Counted from the stretch's first letter, positions 19,590-30,999 are shown. The stretch is 64,000 nucleotides of DNA from Thermoplasmata archaeon (GCA_021792255.1 JAJYUZ010000001.1:128001-192000), one strand, 5' to 3'. Made by a program: numbers and translations. The notes: a model not told the origin generated them from the sequence alone.

Positions 19590-20679
19590 TGGAACTCCAC
19601 TCTAGGGACAACGCCGCTATCTCTTTTGCAGCTACGGTCATATTCAGGAACGAATTCAGAGGGATTATAGAAGAAACGGGAGGATTCAAGGAGTAAACAG
19701 TGGGCAGAGACACATCTAAATTTGCGGGATAAGTCCATTCGTTCAGGGGAATCAGATTTTGAACATTCTTTCCTAGCAGCCAATTCACAAATTCTTCATC
19801 GATACTCTTGTATTTCGAAGAGTTTAGGATTCCAGCCCCTAGAACCTGCATCCACGCGTAGCTCCTTCCTTTATAGTGAAAAGCCGTTGTGCCTATTGCG
19901 GAGTAATTGAAATAAGCATTATACGCAGGATCAGTGGCATAAGAGAAGAACATCTGCTTCGATCCACTCTCAAACAATGAGAAGCCAGAATCCCAGTCCT
20001 GAGTAATTTGAATTCCCTTAGAGACGTTCCAGAATGAAGTCCAGTTTTGGTTCAGAATTCCTTGATAAAACGCCACCTGCCCTAACAGAAAATCCTCCCC
20101 ATTTATGCTGGTGGTCGGATTCTCAAGAATGTATTGATTCGCGATTGTTGCGTTCGTGAGGTCCGCGAAAGACAGATTTCCAAGAATCGTAGAGTTGATT
20201 GGACCTGAAAAATTGTAGTCCGTGGTCAGAGGCGAATATTCGTAGGGGATAACGTATCCAGAAGACTGAAGGTAGGTCGACAGCGTACCATTGATATACG
20301 ACTCGTTGCTTACGTTGAAACGGTACAAGAGTCCGCTGCCTGCAGCAAGGTAGGAATCTATATTGTTCAGCCCAATTACGATATCGTATCCACTACCTTT
20401 GGTCTGTAGGATCTGGTCGTACAGGTCGCCAGAAGCGTTCACAATGTTGATCTTAACGTGATACCAATTTTCAAAATTGCCGATTATGTACTTTAGCGTT
20501 TGATTTGGGTGCGCCCCATATTGGAAAAAGGAACTATAAGTCAAAACATTGATCGTCGGCTCCTTTGAAGGCGCAAACTGTGGATATACTACGTAAACCA
20601 TTGCTGCCGCAACTATTACAATTCCAACTATGATAAATACGGTATAGTTGGCCTTTTTCTTTATTATCGTGTCACTCAT
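19579..20679 (-). CDS. Thiamine ABC transporter substrate-binding protein (ThiB/TbpA-like), membrane anchored
   Basis: LTYSSF, DIVIGL, PTTS..G..FL, SYATDPAY, FVNWLL..VQ..IP..EW.YPA; TPP riboswitch upstream. Confidence 0.85.
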   Translation of the reverse strand: MSDTIIKKKANYTVFIIVGIVIVAAAMVYVVYPQFAPSKEPTINVLTYSSFFQYGAHPNQTLKYIIGNFENWYHVKINIVNASGDLYDQILQTKGSGYDIVIGLNNIDSYLAAGSGLLYRFNVSNESYINGTLSTYLQSSGYVIPYEYSPLTTDYNFSGPINSTILGNLSFADLTNATIANQYILENPTTSINGEDFLLGQVAFYQGILNQNWTSFWNVSKGIQITQDWDSGFSLFESGSKQMFFSYATDPAYNAYFNYSAIGTTAFHYKGRSYAWMQVLGAGILNSSKYKSIDEEFVNWLLGKNVQNLIPLNEWTYPANLDVSLPTVYSLNPPVSSIIPLNSFLNMTVAAKEIAALSLEWSSIEA

Positions 20680-20684
20680 TTTTT

Positions 20685-20768
20685 TCCCTCCGCCAGTATT
20701 ATCTGGGTCAGGTTCGTTGGGTCGATCTTCTCGATCCTCTCAGCCCGCATAAGCGAGCTCCCCTGTAG
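20685..20768 (-). ncRNA. TPP riboswitch
   Basis: Minus strand GGGGAGCTCGCTTATGCGGGCTGAGAGGATCGAGAAGATCGACCCAACGAACCTGACCCAGATAATACTGGCGGAGGGA has the GCUGAGA, ACCC, GAACCUGA, AUAAU and GCG-AGGGA THI-box elements; lies directly before the thiamine binding protein ATG. Confidence 0.93.
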
Positions 20769-20890
20769 GTCTTTATCGAAACGACGTATAAAATTATTTT
20801 GAATTTTGGTCACAAATAGTCTCACTATATTACAACTGGAAAATGCGTACAATTTGGATAACGTTTTATTATCACATTCATTAATGTCCT

Positions 20891-22348
20891 ATGTTTCTTA
20901 CAAAGCTTGAAGATGCCAAAATGGGTTATACTTATGATGACGTTCTTTTGGTCCCTGGCCCTAGCAGAGTAGAACCCATTGGGGTGAACGTAGAATCGTC
21001 CCTGACGAGGCACATAAAGCTCAACATTCCAGTAGTCTCGTCGCCAATGGACACAGTTTCAGAGTCCGAAATGGCGATCGCTCTTGCCAGACTTGGTGGA
21101 ATTGGCATTATACATCGCAATAACAAAAAAGAAGTTCAGGTGGAAATGATTAAAAGGGTGAAGAGGGAAGAGGCCCTGATCATTAAAGACCTGTACACAG
21201 TGAGTCCGGACACTTCAATCCATGACGCAATCAAGCTGATGAGAGAGAAAAGAATTGCAGGACTTCCGGTAATTCTCGACAATAAACTAGTAGGGATCCT
21301 GACGAACAGGGACATAAGGTTTCTGAAGGGAAATGCACAGAAGGTCATGGATGTAATGACTAAACAAGTGATAACAGGAAATATCAATCTCTCCATGGAA
21401 CAGGCGTTAGATATAATGAACCAGAAAAAAATAGAAAAACTTCCACTGGTGGATGGTTCTGGAAATCTCGTGGGTCTTATAACTGCAAAGGATATACTAA
21501 AGAGAGAACAGGACCCCTTGGCGGTTAGAGACGAGGAGGGAAAACTCTTGGTGGGAGGAGCCATTGGTGCGTTCGACTTGGAACGTGCGAAAGCCCTGCA
21601 AGACGCTGGGGCTGACGTCATTGTCGTCGACAGTGCTCACGGTCATAATCTGAATTTAATAGACTCTGTCAAGAAACTGAGGAAGGTAATAGACATCGAT
21701 ATAATCGCGGGGAACATAGCGACTTCACAAGCTGCGGAAGACCTCATTTCAGCTGAAGTCGATGGTCTTAGAACAGGAGTTGGCCCAGGGTCAATATGCA
21801 CCACGAGGATAGTTGCTGGAATTGGGGTCCCTCAACTTACTGCGGTCGCTCAAGTGGCAGAGATGGCAGAGAGGCACGGTATTCCTGTCATAGCTGATGG
21901 GGGCATAAGATATTCTGGAGATATAGTGAAGGCAATAGCAGCCGGTGCGAGTAGTGTGATGCTAGGCTCCTTACTTGCAGGGACTGACGAGGCTCCTGGT
22001 ACAGAAATAAACATTTCAGGAAGGAGATACAAAACTTACCGAGGGATGGGCTCTCTTGGAGCGGTAATGGGAGGGGAGAGCGACAGATACGGCAAACTAG
22101 GCTCCGGCAAATTCGTACCGGAGGGAGTAGAAGGCGCAGTTCCGTACAAGGGTAAAGTAGCAGACACTGTTTTCCAACTAATTGGGGGGGTGAAGTCTGG
22201 CATGGGGTACACAGGGTCGCCAACAATCGCAAAGCTACGAGAGAACGCAAGATTTGTGATAGTGACGCAGGCAGGCATAATGGAGAGTCATCCACATAAT
22301 GTGATGCTTCTCAGTGAGCCACCAAACTACACTAACAGGAATTTCTAA
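20891..22348 (+). CDS. guaB: IMP dehydrogenase with CBS pair
   Basis: [36 protein letters not shown]. Confidence 0.97.
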   Translation: MFLTKLEDAKMGYTYDDVLLVPGPSRVEPIGVNVESSLTRHIKLNIPVVSSPMDTVSESEMAIALARLGGIGIIHRNNKKEVQVEMIKRVKREEALIIKDLYTVSPDTSIHDAIKLMREKRIAGLPVILDNKLVGILTNRDIRFLKGNAQKVMDVMTKQVITGNINLSMEQALDIMNQKKIEKLPLVDGSGNLVGLITAKDILKREQDPLAVRDEEGKLLVGGAIGAFDLERAKALQDAGADVIVVDSAHGHNLNLIDSVKKLRKVIDIDIIAGNIATSQAAEDLISAEVDGLRTGVGPGSICTTRIVAGIGVPQLTAVAQVAEMAERHGIPVIADGGIRYSGDIVKAIAAGASSVMLGSLLAGTDEAPGTEINISGRRYKTYRGMGSLGAVMGGESDRYGKLGSGKFVPEGVEGAVPYKGKVADTVFQLIGGVKSGMGYTGSPTIAKLRENARFVIVTQAGIMESHPHNVMLLSEPPNYTNRNF

Positions 22349-22515
22349 AGGAATCTACTTCTGGCTAAAAGAACAGATGCGGAAAAAGCCAATGTTTGAG
22401 CGACACCTCGAACCTAAGACTCAAGGTTCCCCTACGTATCGACTTGTCCGGGGTTTTTTGAACAAAGCAGGCGGTAAGAGCTATATTTTAAATTCCAATA
22501 GGTGACCCCAAAGAT

Positions 22516-24606
22516 GTGATATTTCTGAAAAATATTACGGGTAAAATTGTGACATTGTGTGTAGTCATCGTCGTGCTTTTATCATCCGTTTTGGTTATTT
22601 TGATCGAAAACAATATAACAGGATCAGTCGTCCCAGGTGCTTCCGACCCAATGCCCAGTCTGAGTGAAATCAGGGGGCAATTACTTTCTACGAGGGAACA
22701 AATCAACCCATATAATTCTTACAGGAGCGAACCTGCGCCTATAGGAATCGCCGACTACGGACTTGGGAATAATGGGAACCCTTACAATTATTCGACCTCA
22801 TCGTTCGTAGGAAACGTCACTGTAAATTCCATTTCATTTTACAATAGTTCTATGAGTTCTTACAATATGACGTTCCAACTGAATCTGAATTTCGTATTCA
22901 AATATAATTCGATTAGCTACGACTACTGGGTCCAGAACGTGGCTTATCTGAATACTTTCAATATGCAGATCACTTTTATAGACAATATCTGGAATCTTTC
23001 CTCCAGCAGAGCAAACATGGCAAACTCGACGGTAACTGGGAATGGAACAGTCACAAACTTCAACTCGACGGCCTTCTACTATGACTTTTCTAACTCTTCG
23101 CTTGCAGGTAACAATATCACGTTGTCAAAGAATGCGTCCTTCCTGTTGAAAATGAACGCTATCCTTGGACCTACTGGTGCTCCAGAAGTTGTCTTTTTGT
23201 ACGATGATGGTTATGGCTGGGTAGCCTATGATAGGGCGATTTTTCACTTTGCAAATAATTTGAAGCAGAGTCCTTACTTTTTTGTCAGTGGAAACTCTTA
23301 CAATCCAGCAAATACGTATTATGATGCAGAACTTGTGATGGGTGGTCCAGGAAATGGCAGCTCAAGCAACGACATCAACTCTTCAGTACTGCTAATGCTG
23401 GAATACTATAATGGAAACAACTATCAAACGATACAGAATGCGTACAATTTCGGGGGTGACACAGGGGAGACAGTTTACAATGCGCTGAGTAGAGGGATAT
23501 ATGGCAGTCTTAGCGGAAGACTAGGGGCCCACGTAACAAACTCGACTGGATCAAATCCTATAGGCCAAATTTACAATTCTAGCGAAGTATCTGACTTGAA
23601 GGTCATATCGAACATTTCCGAAGGAGCGCTGTATGTCAGCAGGCTCGGTTCCACGGGAAAAGTTGGTAACTTTGTAAATGTTACGAATTTCGTCGGGGGA
23701 TCCTTCAACGTCACACTGTATAACGGCACTTATTCAGTAAAAATTCTGGATTATTCGACCGGAAAGTTTCAGAGTTTGGGCGACATCACCTTGATTAAAG
23801 GCAAGGAAACGACTTTTTTTAGTAATATCTATCAAGTCATTTTCCTGGAAAAGGGGCTTCCTTCGGGCAGTTCTTGGTATCTCAACCTGTCTGGAACAAC
23901 TCCATTATTAATTAATGGAAATAAAGAGACACTCTACTTGCAAAATGGGACTTACAACTACACCTTGTCTGCTACCAACAGGGATTATTTCCCCGTAAAT
24001 GGCACCGGAACTGTATTCGTCAATGGAACTTCTCAAAATATGGATGTTCAGTTCTCGTTAGTGCACTTCAACGTAACCTTCACTGAGGTTGGTCTCCCTC
24101 CTGGATCATCTTGGACCGTGACTCTAAATGGAAGGGGTCCTGCTGCAACTTCCGGAAGTTCCATCATCTTTTCAGTCGGAAACGGCACTTATGACTATGT
24201 TGTCCAAAGGGCGGGCAGCTATGTGCCTTCTCAATCCACCGGGGCGGTCACCGTAAATGGTAAATCAGAAACGGTGACAGTATCGTTTGCCATCCTTGAT
24301 GGCTACTTAGTGGGATCAATAAAACCTTCAGAGGCGACTCTAGTAATAAATGGAACATCCTATTTCATAACAAATGGTAGTTTTAACATCTCTCTCAAAC
24401 CGGGGAATTATTCAGTAGTTCTATCGGCAGCAGGTTATGTAACATACACCGCCAACGTTACTATTACCCCGCTCAACGTCACTCACTTGCAGACGAACGG
24501 GTTGGTAAAAGAGTCAAAAACGGGGTTCATAATTGAGGTTATCATATTTCTGCTCTTGATGACGGGTGCAATTGGCAGCATGATACTTTCAAGAAGACGA
24601 AGGTAG
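22516..24606 (+). CDS. Thermopsin-family (peptidase A5) surface protein with Ig-like/PEGA repeats and C-terminal TM anchor
   Basis: PAPIGIADYG, YWVQNV, IDNIWN, DAELVMGGPGNG, DTGE; repeats VxFxExGLPxGxxWxxxLxG; C-terminal TM plus RRRR; many N-x-S/T sequons. Confidence 0.85.
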   Translation: MIFLKNITGKIVTLCVVIVVLLSSVLVILIENNITGSVVPGASDPMPSLSEIRGQLLSTREQINPYNSYRSEPAPIGIADYGLGNNGNPYNYSTSSFVGNVTVNSISFYNSSMSSYNMTFQLNLNFVFKYNSISYDYWVQNVAYLNTFNMQITFIDNIWNLSSSRANMANSTVTGNGTVTNFNSTAFYYDFSNSSLAGNNITLSKNASFLLKMNAILGPTGAPEVVFLYDDGYGWVAYDRAIFHFANNLKQSPYFFVSGNSYNPANTYYDAELVMGGPGNGSSSNDINSSVLLMLEYYNGNNYQTIQNAYNFGGDTGETVYNALSRGIYGSLSGRLGAHVTNSTGSNPIGQIYNSSEVSDLKVISNISEGALYVSRLGSTGKVGNFVNVTNFVGGSFNVTLYNGTYSVKILDYSTGKFQSLGDITLIKGKETTFFSNIYQVIFLEKGLPSGSSWYLNLSGTTPLLINGNKETLYLQNGTYNYTLSATNRDYFPVNGTGTVFVNGTSQNMDVQFSLVHFNVTFTEVGLPPGSSWTVTLNGRGPAATSGSSIIFSVGNGTYDYVVQRAGSYVPSQSTGAVTVNGKSETVTVSFAILDGYLVGSIKPSEATLVINGTSYFITNGSFNISLKPGNYSVVLSAAGYVTYTANVTITPLNVTHLQTNGLVKESKTGFIIEVIIFLLLMTGAIGSMILSRRRR

Positions 24607-24687
24607 CCTTGAGAATAATTACCAGACGCTTTTTTAACAATTTAATGGCGTCGTCATTTCCCATCCAAGATAGGAAATCTGAGGACA

Positions 24688-25353
24688 GTGGATTTCAGAG
24701 TGCACGAAAGAATTTTCCAGAAATTCCCAGAGTTTAGGTATGGTGTGGTAATATGCAAGGGACTTGAAGACACGGGGGTCGACGAAAACCTTCTGAAGGA
24801 GTTCAGGTACACTGAAGGCGGAATCAGGCAAGATCTTTCACTTGAGAGTTGGGTCAGTTCATTTTTTTTGAAGGATGAGGAGAGCGTACTCCTCTCCTGG
24901 TGTGGATTCGACGAAATTTAAATGCTCAAACGAAGCTACCGCAAGAAGAGTGCTCAAAGGTGACGAAATCCCACACAAAAACAGGTTTGTTTACTCCTAC
25001 AGTTTCATATCTCTCAAATATCATACTCCCCGTAGAGGAGAGAATGTAGACAAGCTGAATTGAGATATTGTACTGAAGCACGCTGAGGACCATGAGAAAT
25101 TCACACCGCTAGGCTCCAAGGAAGAGACAAGGGTGAACGAGGGAGAAATCGTCAACACTTCCGGCTCTGAGGTAATATGTAGAAAATGGAACTGGAGGTA
25201 ATCTGAAAAACTGCACTTACCGAAGACACTAGGAACTCATTCCTCATCGTTGAAATTCTTCCATCATTATTTCACATGGAAGTAAAAACGGCTAAGGGTG
25301 AACTGAAAGATATAATACCAATATTTGCAGAACTACTCCTCACGAAAAATTAA
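24688..25353 (+). pseudogene. Disrupted B3/4-domain (PheT editing-like) protein
   Basis: Fragments in several frames: IFQKFPE..GVV; RRAYS..GVDSTKFKCSNEATARRVLKG; F.PLG...GEIV..; CRKWNWR*SEK; TEDTRN.FLIVE; in-frame stops and frameshifts. Confidence 0.75.
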
Positions 25354-25458
25354 TCACTAGGGAAAATACCTAATACCAATTAATCTGAAGACCTACCTAT
25401 CGTCTCTACGTGTCTGTCTTCTGGCAATAATTATTATCCATTTTACCATACGATTTGT

Positions 25459-26211
25459 GTGAACTTCAAAGAGATTATTGTCAGAGAGGGGGAGATATCT
25501 GAAATTATCCTGAATAGACCTAAGAAACTGAACGCACTGAACGCATCAATGAAGTCAGAACTCATCGAAGCGCTCAAGACACTAAATGAAAATGATTCCG
25601 TGAAGGTCATAGTCGTGAGCGGAGAAGGTGGAAACTTCTCTACTGGCCAAGATATCAATGAGACAGCATCATTTTCGGGTGAGGACGTGGCTAGTTGGGT
25701 CGATGGGCTGGAAAGACTGTTTGATGCATTCAGAAATGTCGATAAACCAATGATAGCGTCCATAGAAGGGTATGCTGCCGGTGCAGGATTTCAATTATCT
25801 CTACTCTGTGATATGAGAATCTGCTCGTCTACAGCTAAACTAGGTCTCCCTGAAATCAATGTGGGGCTCCCGTGCATTACGGGTAGCCAAATTTTGCACA
25901 TGCTTGGTGTTCCACTTTCAAAGATAGCAGAGATGATCATGACAGGTGATTTTATAACTGGTACAGAGGGAAAAGAGCTTGGAATAGTCAACCACGTCGT
26001 CTCAGCAGGACATACACACGCTGTTGCAGTCGACATTGCTGGGCAGCTCGTCAAGAAGTCATCGGCTGCACAGAAAGTCCACAAACGGTGGCTCAGAAGC
26101 ATGACAGAAGACCTTTTTAGGAAATCGTTTAAGTTCGCAATCGAAGCTGATACGGAAGTCTTTAACTCGGGAGAACCATCTAAGGCTATGGACTCCTTTT
26201 TGAAAGAGTGA
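25459..26211 (+). CDS. Enoyl-CoA hydratase/isomerase (crotonase) family
   Basis: LNRPKKLNAL, FSTGQDI, KPMIASIEGYAAGAG, PEINVG. Confidence 0.9.
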   Translation: MNFKEIIVREGEISEIILNRPKKLNALNASMKSELIEALKTLNENDSVKVIVVSGEGGNFSTGQDINETASFSGEDVASWVDGLERLFDAFRNVDKPMIASIEGYAAGAGFQLSLLCDMRICSSTAKLGLPEINVGLPCITGSQILHMLGVPLSKIAEMIMTGDFITGTEGKELGIVNHVVSAGHTHAVAVDIAGQLVKKSSAAQKVHKRWLRSMTEDLFRKSFKFAIEADTEVFNSGEPSKAMDSFLKE

Positions 26212-26745
26212 GTACATACATTCTCTGAAACTCATGTGGAGATTGCAATTTTTCCGATATAGTCTCAGGACAACAAGGGAAGCAATGTATGAGCCTGAGC
26301 ATAGACAATTTATCCACATTCTTTTTTAGCAACCACATTATGATGCAAATGATGAGATACGGGAAACAGCTCAAAGCAGGACTAGAATCGCTAAGTGCAG
26401 AGATCCTCCCTATTAGCACGAACTCAGGCTTCGTGCCGGCAACCGGAGACGATCTAAGCCATGTCGCGTCTCGAAGGACGGAAAAGGAGACTAAGTTCAC
26501 ACGACAGTCTCGGTATGTCTCATTTGCGATTTGGTCGAGCATTGCGATCTGGGAAGACTTTGGAGCTTACACTGGAGATCATCTATTGTGTTAGCCTTTG
26601 GAATGAAGACTGTCAAGGGAAAGGTTGGCAAGTTCGCCGATCACGCTGGCCCAAGAGTTATCGAATTCGAACTTAAGGTTGAAGGTAAGCTCTGAGGTCA
26701 CATTTAAGAGATTGAGGAACCGAACAGTCTTACAGGAGATATAGA

Positions 26746-27684
26746 ATGAAACGGATAGTTGTCAAGTCTCCAGCATCCTCCGCAAATCTAGGGTCTGGAT
26801 TCGACGTATTCGCTATAGGTCTGAAAGACCCAAAAGACACCGTTGAATTACGGGCATCTAAGTCCCACGAATTAGCGGTGAGAGTCACTTACGCAGAGAA
26901 CAGTAGTGTGCGCGGTTTTGAAGATACCGCCATGCGTGCTGTGATAGAGGCAATGGCAACAGAATTTGACCTCGCATACAGGATAGACGGCGTCATTGTA
27001 AGTCATATACCAATTGGAGTAGGTCTTGGAAGTAGCGCGGCCTCTTCAGTTGCTGCGGCAGTTGGAGCAGACAGACTTTTTCAGTTGAATCTTGATAGCA
27101 AGAGTATTCTCCGATTTGCTGCAGAAGGAGAACTTGCTGCTTCCGGATCTAGACACTATGACAATATTGCGGGAGCCCTTCAGGGAGGATTCGTAATGGT
27201 GCATCTCGACTCGCTTGAGACCATCAAGTTTCCCTCGCCCAAAGGAATGAGAATAGTGATCGTAACACCCGAACTAAAATTACCAGGAAAGAAAACTAAA
27301 TATGCCAGGTCCCTGCTTCCAAGGAACGTGGGGCTTAAAAAGATGACAAAAAATGTATCTTTTGCCTCAAGAGTAGTCGCAGGCTTTGCCAATGATGATA
27401 TTGAAATGATAGGTAGCGGACTGGAGGACTCGGTAGTTGAACCGGCCAGAAAAATGATGATACCCTGGTTTGACGAGGTTAAAGACGCCGCTCTGAAATC
27501 CGGAGCAGCAGGCGTGTGCATTAGCGGTGCGGGGCCCAGCATGATGGCTATCGTCAATAGCTATAAAGTTGACCCAGAGAGAGTACGAAAATCCATGGAG
27601 TACCACTTTGGAAGCCATGGCATTTCAGCCAATAGTTTCGTAACGAGCATAGGGGAGGGAACTAAAATTGTTAGAAAGTTTTAA
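26746..27684 (+). CDS. thrB: Homoserine kinase
   Basis: PASSANLGSGFD, PIGVGLGSSAAS, HYDN, ISGAGPS. Confidence 0.95.
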   Translation: MKRIVVKSPASSANLGSGFDVFAIGLKDPKDTVELRASKSHELAVRVTYAENSSVRGFEDTAMRAVIEAMATEFDLAYRIDGVIVSHIPIGVGLGSSAASSVAAAVGADRLFQLNLDSKSILRFAAEGELAASGSRHYDNIAGALQGGFVMVHLDSLETIKFPSPKGMRIVIVTPELKLPGKKTKYARSLLPRNVGLKKMTKNVSFASRVVAGFANDDIEMIGSGLEDSVVEPARKMMIPWFDEVKDAALKSGAAGVCISGAGPSMMAIVNSYKVDPERVRKSMEYHFGSHGISANSFVTSIGEGTKIVRKF

Positions 27685-28870
27685 GGATTGGTCTATGCAC
27701 TGTTTCGAGTGCGGTAAAGAGTACGGAGAAGAACCAGCTTCATCACTGTGTGATTGTGGAGGAGTGCTGGAGTTGGTTCTAAATGAGAATTTTCCGACCA
27801 TCGACGATTTCCGTGGGGTGGGAGTGTGGCGTTATTCCAGCGCTCTCCCGATCTCAAGACGAATCCAATCGGTTACAATGGACGAAGGGAACACTCCGCT
27901 GATAAGAACGAAAAATCTTGTTCCTGAACGGGAACTGCAACTATTTGTCAAGAACGAGGGGCAAAATCCGACCGGTTCATTCAAGGACAGGGGGATGACT
28001 GTTGCAGTCACGAGAGCAAGAGGGATTGGAGCAAACACTCTGGTGTGTGCCTCGACCGGTAACACTTCTGCGTCTGCCGCAGCTTATGCAGCGAGAGCAG
28101 GTATGCGAGCTATGGTCTTTGTCCCCTCTGGAAAGATTGCTGGAGGAAAGCTGGTTCAGGCAATAATCCATGGTGCCAAGGTCATAAGGGTAAACGGCGA
28201 TTTCGACGCTTCGTTGGAAATAATGATGGAAGAAGCAGGCAAAAGGAAAGACCTTTATGTGGTCAACTCCCTAAATCCGTTTAGAATAGAAGGGCAGAAG
28301 ACTGGCGCATTCGAAATATTCGAACAGCTCGGTAAGAAGGTTCCTGATTATGTGATTTTGCCTGTTGGAAATGCAGGCAACATCAGCGCATACTGGAAGG
28401 GTTTTTCCGAACTTAAAAAATGGGGGATAATAGAAAGAACTCCTAGAATGATCGGAGTTCAGGCAGCTGGAGCTTCGCCACTCGCTGAGGTATTTCTCAA
28501 AGGAAAGGATGATCTAGTCAAGTGGAAAAATCCGGAAACGGTTGCATCTGCCATTCGTATTGGTAACCCAGTTTCTTGGAGAAAAGCTCTAACTGCCGTG
28601 AGGGATTCGGGCGGACGGTTGTTGACAGTAACGGACAGTGAGATTCTCAAGGCCCAGAGGGATCTTGCTTCCAAGGAGGGTATATTTGTGGAACCTGCCA
28701 GTGCCGCACCAATAGCTGCACTTAGACACTTGAGAGACGTGATTGAGAAGAATTCATCGGTTGTATGTATAGCAACGGGAAATGGGCTCAAGGACCAGGG
28801 GGTCGTGCCAGTCGATTCTGAAAATCTTCCGCTGATTTCTAGCTTAAAAGAGTTAGAACAGTACCTTTAG
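27668..28870 (+). CDS. thrC: Threonine synthase
   Basis: EGNTPL, NPTGSFKDRG, CASTGNTSAS, PVGNAGN, EPASAA, TGNGLKD. Confidence 0.95.
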   Translation: MLESFKDWSMHCFECGKEYGEEPASSLCDCGGVLELVLNENFPTIDDFRGVGVWRYSSALPISRRIQSVTMDEGNTPLIRTKNLVPERELQLFVKNEGQNPTGSFKDRGMTVAVTRARGIGANTLVCASTGNTSASAAAYAARAGMRAMVFVPSGKIAGGKLVQAIIHGAKVIRVNGDFDASLEIMMEEAGKRKDLYVVNSLNPFRIEGQKTGAFEIFEQLGKKVPDYVILPVGNAGNISAYWKGFSELKKWGIIERTPRMIGVQAAGASPLAEVFLKGKDDLVKWKNPETVASAIRIGNPVSWRKALTAVRDSGGRLLTVTDSEILKAQRDLASKEGIFVEPASAAPIAALRHLRDVIEKNSSVVCIATGNGLKDQGVVPVDSENLPLISSLKELEQYL

Positions 28871-29025
28871 AGGGTTGGTGTTATCATCTTTCTTATAACG
28901 ATTTTCTCTTTGAAAAGGATCGTTCGCAAATTACTCTTGTCGTCTAAATTCTACACTTCTAAATCAGACAGGATTGTAAGAATATTTTTCTTTTTAGAAG
29001 TCATTTCTCTTCAGGAGTCACTGAA

Positions 29026-30090
29026 ATGCACGTAAAGTTATTTATTCCGGGTCCAACGGAAGTGAGAGAGGACGTACTGAAAGAAATGTCAAGACCGATT
29101 ATTGGTCACAGAACGAAGGACATGTCCGATTTATACGAGAGAATTCATAACAACTTGCAGAAATTTTTTAACACCCAAAACGAAGTGATGGTGTTCACAG
29201 CTTCCGGGACAGGTATGATGGAAGGGAGCATTAGGAACACGGTACAAAACGATGTTCTGCATTTGACTAATGGCTCGTTCAGTGAAAGATGGTTTGAAAT
29301 ATCAAAGGCAAATGGAAAGAATGCTGAAGCGATCAAATACGAATGGGGGAAAGCGGCGAAGACAAAAGATGTAGAAGAAAAATTCAAGTCCATGAATTAT
29401 GAAGGTATTGCGCTTACGCATAATGAAACGAGCACGGGAGTCAGAACTCCGATAGACGATTTTTCTAAACTATCCCATGAGTACAACTCTCTGTTGCTGG
29501 TAGATGCCGTCAGTTCACTTGGGGGCGACTTGATAGATGTGAACAAAGCAGACGTTATCTTCGCTCCTACTCAGAAATCATTCGGACTGCCTCCGGGATT
29601 GGTCATAGTTTTCATCAGCCCTAAAGCAATGGAAAAGGCAAGGAGCGTTAAATCAAGGGGATACTATTTCGATTTCATATCAATGAAGAAATATTACGAT
29701 GAAAAGAGGCAGATTCCGGCGACCCCCTCTATTTCACTCTTCTATGCGCTTGATTATCAGCTCGAGAAAATGATAAAGGAAGGTATGGAGGCAAGGTACA
29801 GGCGCCACAAACAAATGGCCTCAATGGTACAGAAATGGGCATCGGACAATTTTGCTCTCTTTGCTGAACCAGGATACGAGTCGGTAACGGTTACGACCGT
29901 CTCAAATTCAAGAAATATCAATGTAGACGAAATGAACAAAGCATTGAAGGCAAGGTGGATGTCTATTTCAAATGGTTACGGGAAGCTAAGAGAGAAGACA
30001 TTCAGGATCGCGCACATGGGTGACATCACCCCAACAGAAATTAAGGAGCTTCTGGAAACTATTGATGAGATAATTACGGTGAAACCATGA
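29026..30090 (+). CDS. Class V PLP aminotransferase (serine-pyruvate / phosphoserine aminotransferase-like)
   Basis: IPGPTEV, HNETSTGV, VDAVSS, QKSFGLPPG, FRIAHMG; adjacent to serA. Confidence 0.88.
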   Translation: MHVKLFIPGPTEVREDVLKEMSRPIIGHRTKDMSDLYERIHNNLQKFFNTQNEVMVFTASGTGMMEGSIRNTVQNDVLHLTNGSFSERWFEISKANGKNAEAIKYEWGKAAKTKDVEEKFKSMNYEGIALTHNETSTGVRTPIDDFSKLSHEYNSLLLVDAVSSLGGDLIDVNKADVIFAPTQKSFGLPPGLVIVFISPKAMEKARSVKSRGYYFDFISMKKYYDEKRQIPATPSISLFYALDYQLEKMIKEGMEARYRRHKQMASMVQKWASDNFALFAEPGYESVTVTTVSNSRNINVDEMNKALKARWMSISNGYGKLREKTFRIAHMGDITPTEIKELLETIDEIITVKP

Positions 30091-30995
30091 AGATACTCGT
30101 AACCGACCAGCTTCACACCGAGGGGATATCCTACATCAAGAGTCAAGGCATTGAAGTCGACGAGAGACTAGATCTTACGGGCGAGGATCTGAAGAGAATC
30201 ATAGGCGACTATGAAGGACTTATAGTGAGGAGCAGGACAAAGGTCACAAAAGAAGTAATCGAAGCTGGTAAAAAGCTACTCGTAGTAGGTAGGGCAGGAG
30301 TAGGGCTTGACAATGTAGATACGACTTTTGCTATTGCAAGGAATATAAAGGTTCTAAACACTCCAAATGTAAGCACCACATCGGTCGCTGAGCTAGTGAT
30401 TGGTTACATGATTTCGGCAGTAAGACACATTCCGCAAGCAACAGTCTCAATTCAGGCAGGTCAGTGGGAAAAGGAAAAATTTTTTGGAACCGAACTGGCA
30501 GAAAAGACTCTCGGAATAGTTGGACTTGGTCGTATAGGTAATGCAGTTGCTATCAGGGCACGGGCCTTCGAAATGAAAATAATTGGCTTCGACCCATTCG
30601 TTGCGAATTCTGAGTACGTCAAGGTCGTGGACCTTGATACGCTTGTCAGAGAATCCGATTTCATTACAGTTCACGTCCCTCTTACGGAAAACACCCATCA
30701 CATGATATCGAGTAGAGAGGTCAAGAAAATGAAGAGAGGAGTAGTACTCATAAACGCTGCGAGAGGCGGGATATTGGATGAAGACGCAATAGATCAGGGG
30801 ATGAAAGAAGGTATAGTGAGTTCTGTAGCTCTCGATACGTTTGAATCAGAAAAACCTTTCAAGACGATCCTGCGTGGACAGGAGAACCTGATAGCAACCC
30901 CTCACGTCGGCGCGCAGACAGAGGAGGCACAAAGGAGAGCAGGTATAGAGGTGGGAAAGGTCGTAGTTGAGTACCTCAAGCAAGCTGTGAAGTGA
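30087..30995 (+). CDS. serA: D-3-phosphoglycerate dehydrogenase (short form, no ACT domain)
   Basis: [40 protein letters not shown]. Confidence 0.88.
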   Translation: MKILVTDQLHTEGISYIKSQGIEVDERLDLTGEDLKRIIGDYEGLIVRSRTKVTKEVIEAGKKLLVVGRAGVGLDNVDTTFAIARNIKVLNTPNVSTTSVAELVIGYMISAVRHIPQATVSIQAGQWEKEKFFGTELAEKTLGIVGLGRIGNAVAIRARAFEMKIIGFDPFVANSEYVKVVDLDTLVRESDFITVHVPLTENTHHMISSREVKKMKRGVVLINAARGGILDEDAIDQGMKEGIVSSVALDTFESEKPFKTILRGQENLIATPHVGAQTEEAQRRAGIEVGKVVVEYLKQAVK

Positions 30996-30999
30996 GATC

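Noticed and set aside
23830-24300. Repeated segments in the thermopsin-like gene
   Set aside because: Protein-level Ig-like repeats common in Thermoplasmatales surface proteins; not a DNA repeat system or diversity-generating element
26186-26676. Overlapping 71-118 aa ORFs upstream of thrB
   Set aside because: Mutually overlapping on both strands with no family motifs; treated as decayed sequence
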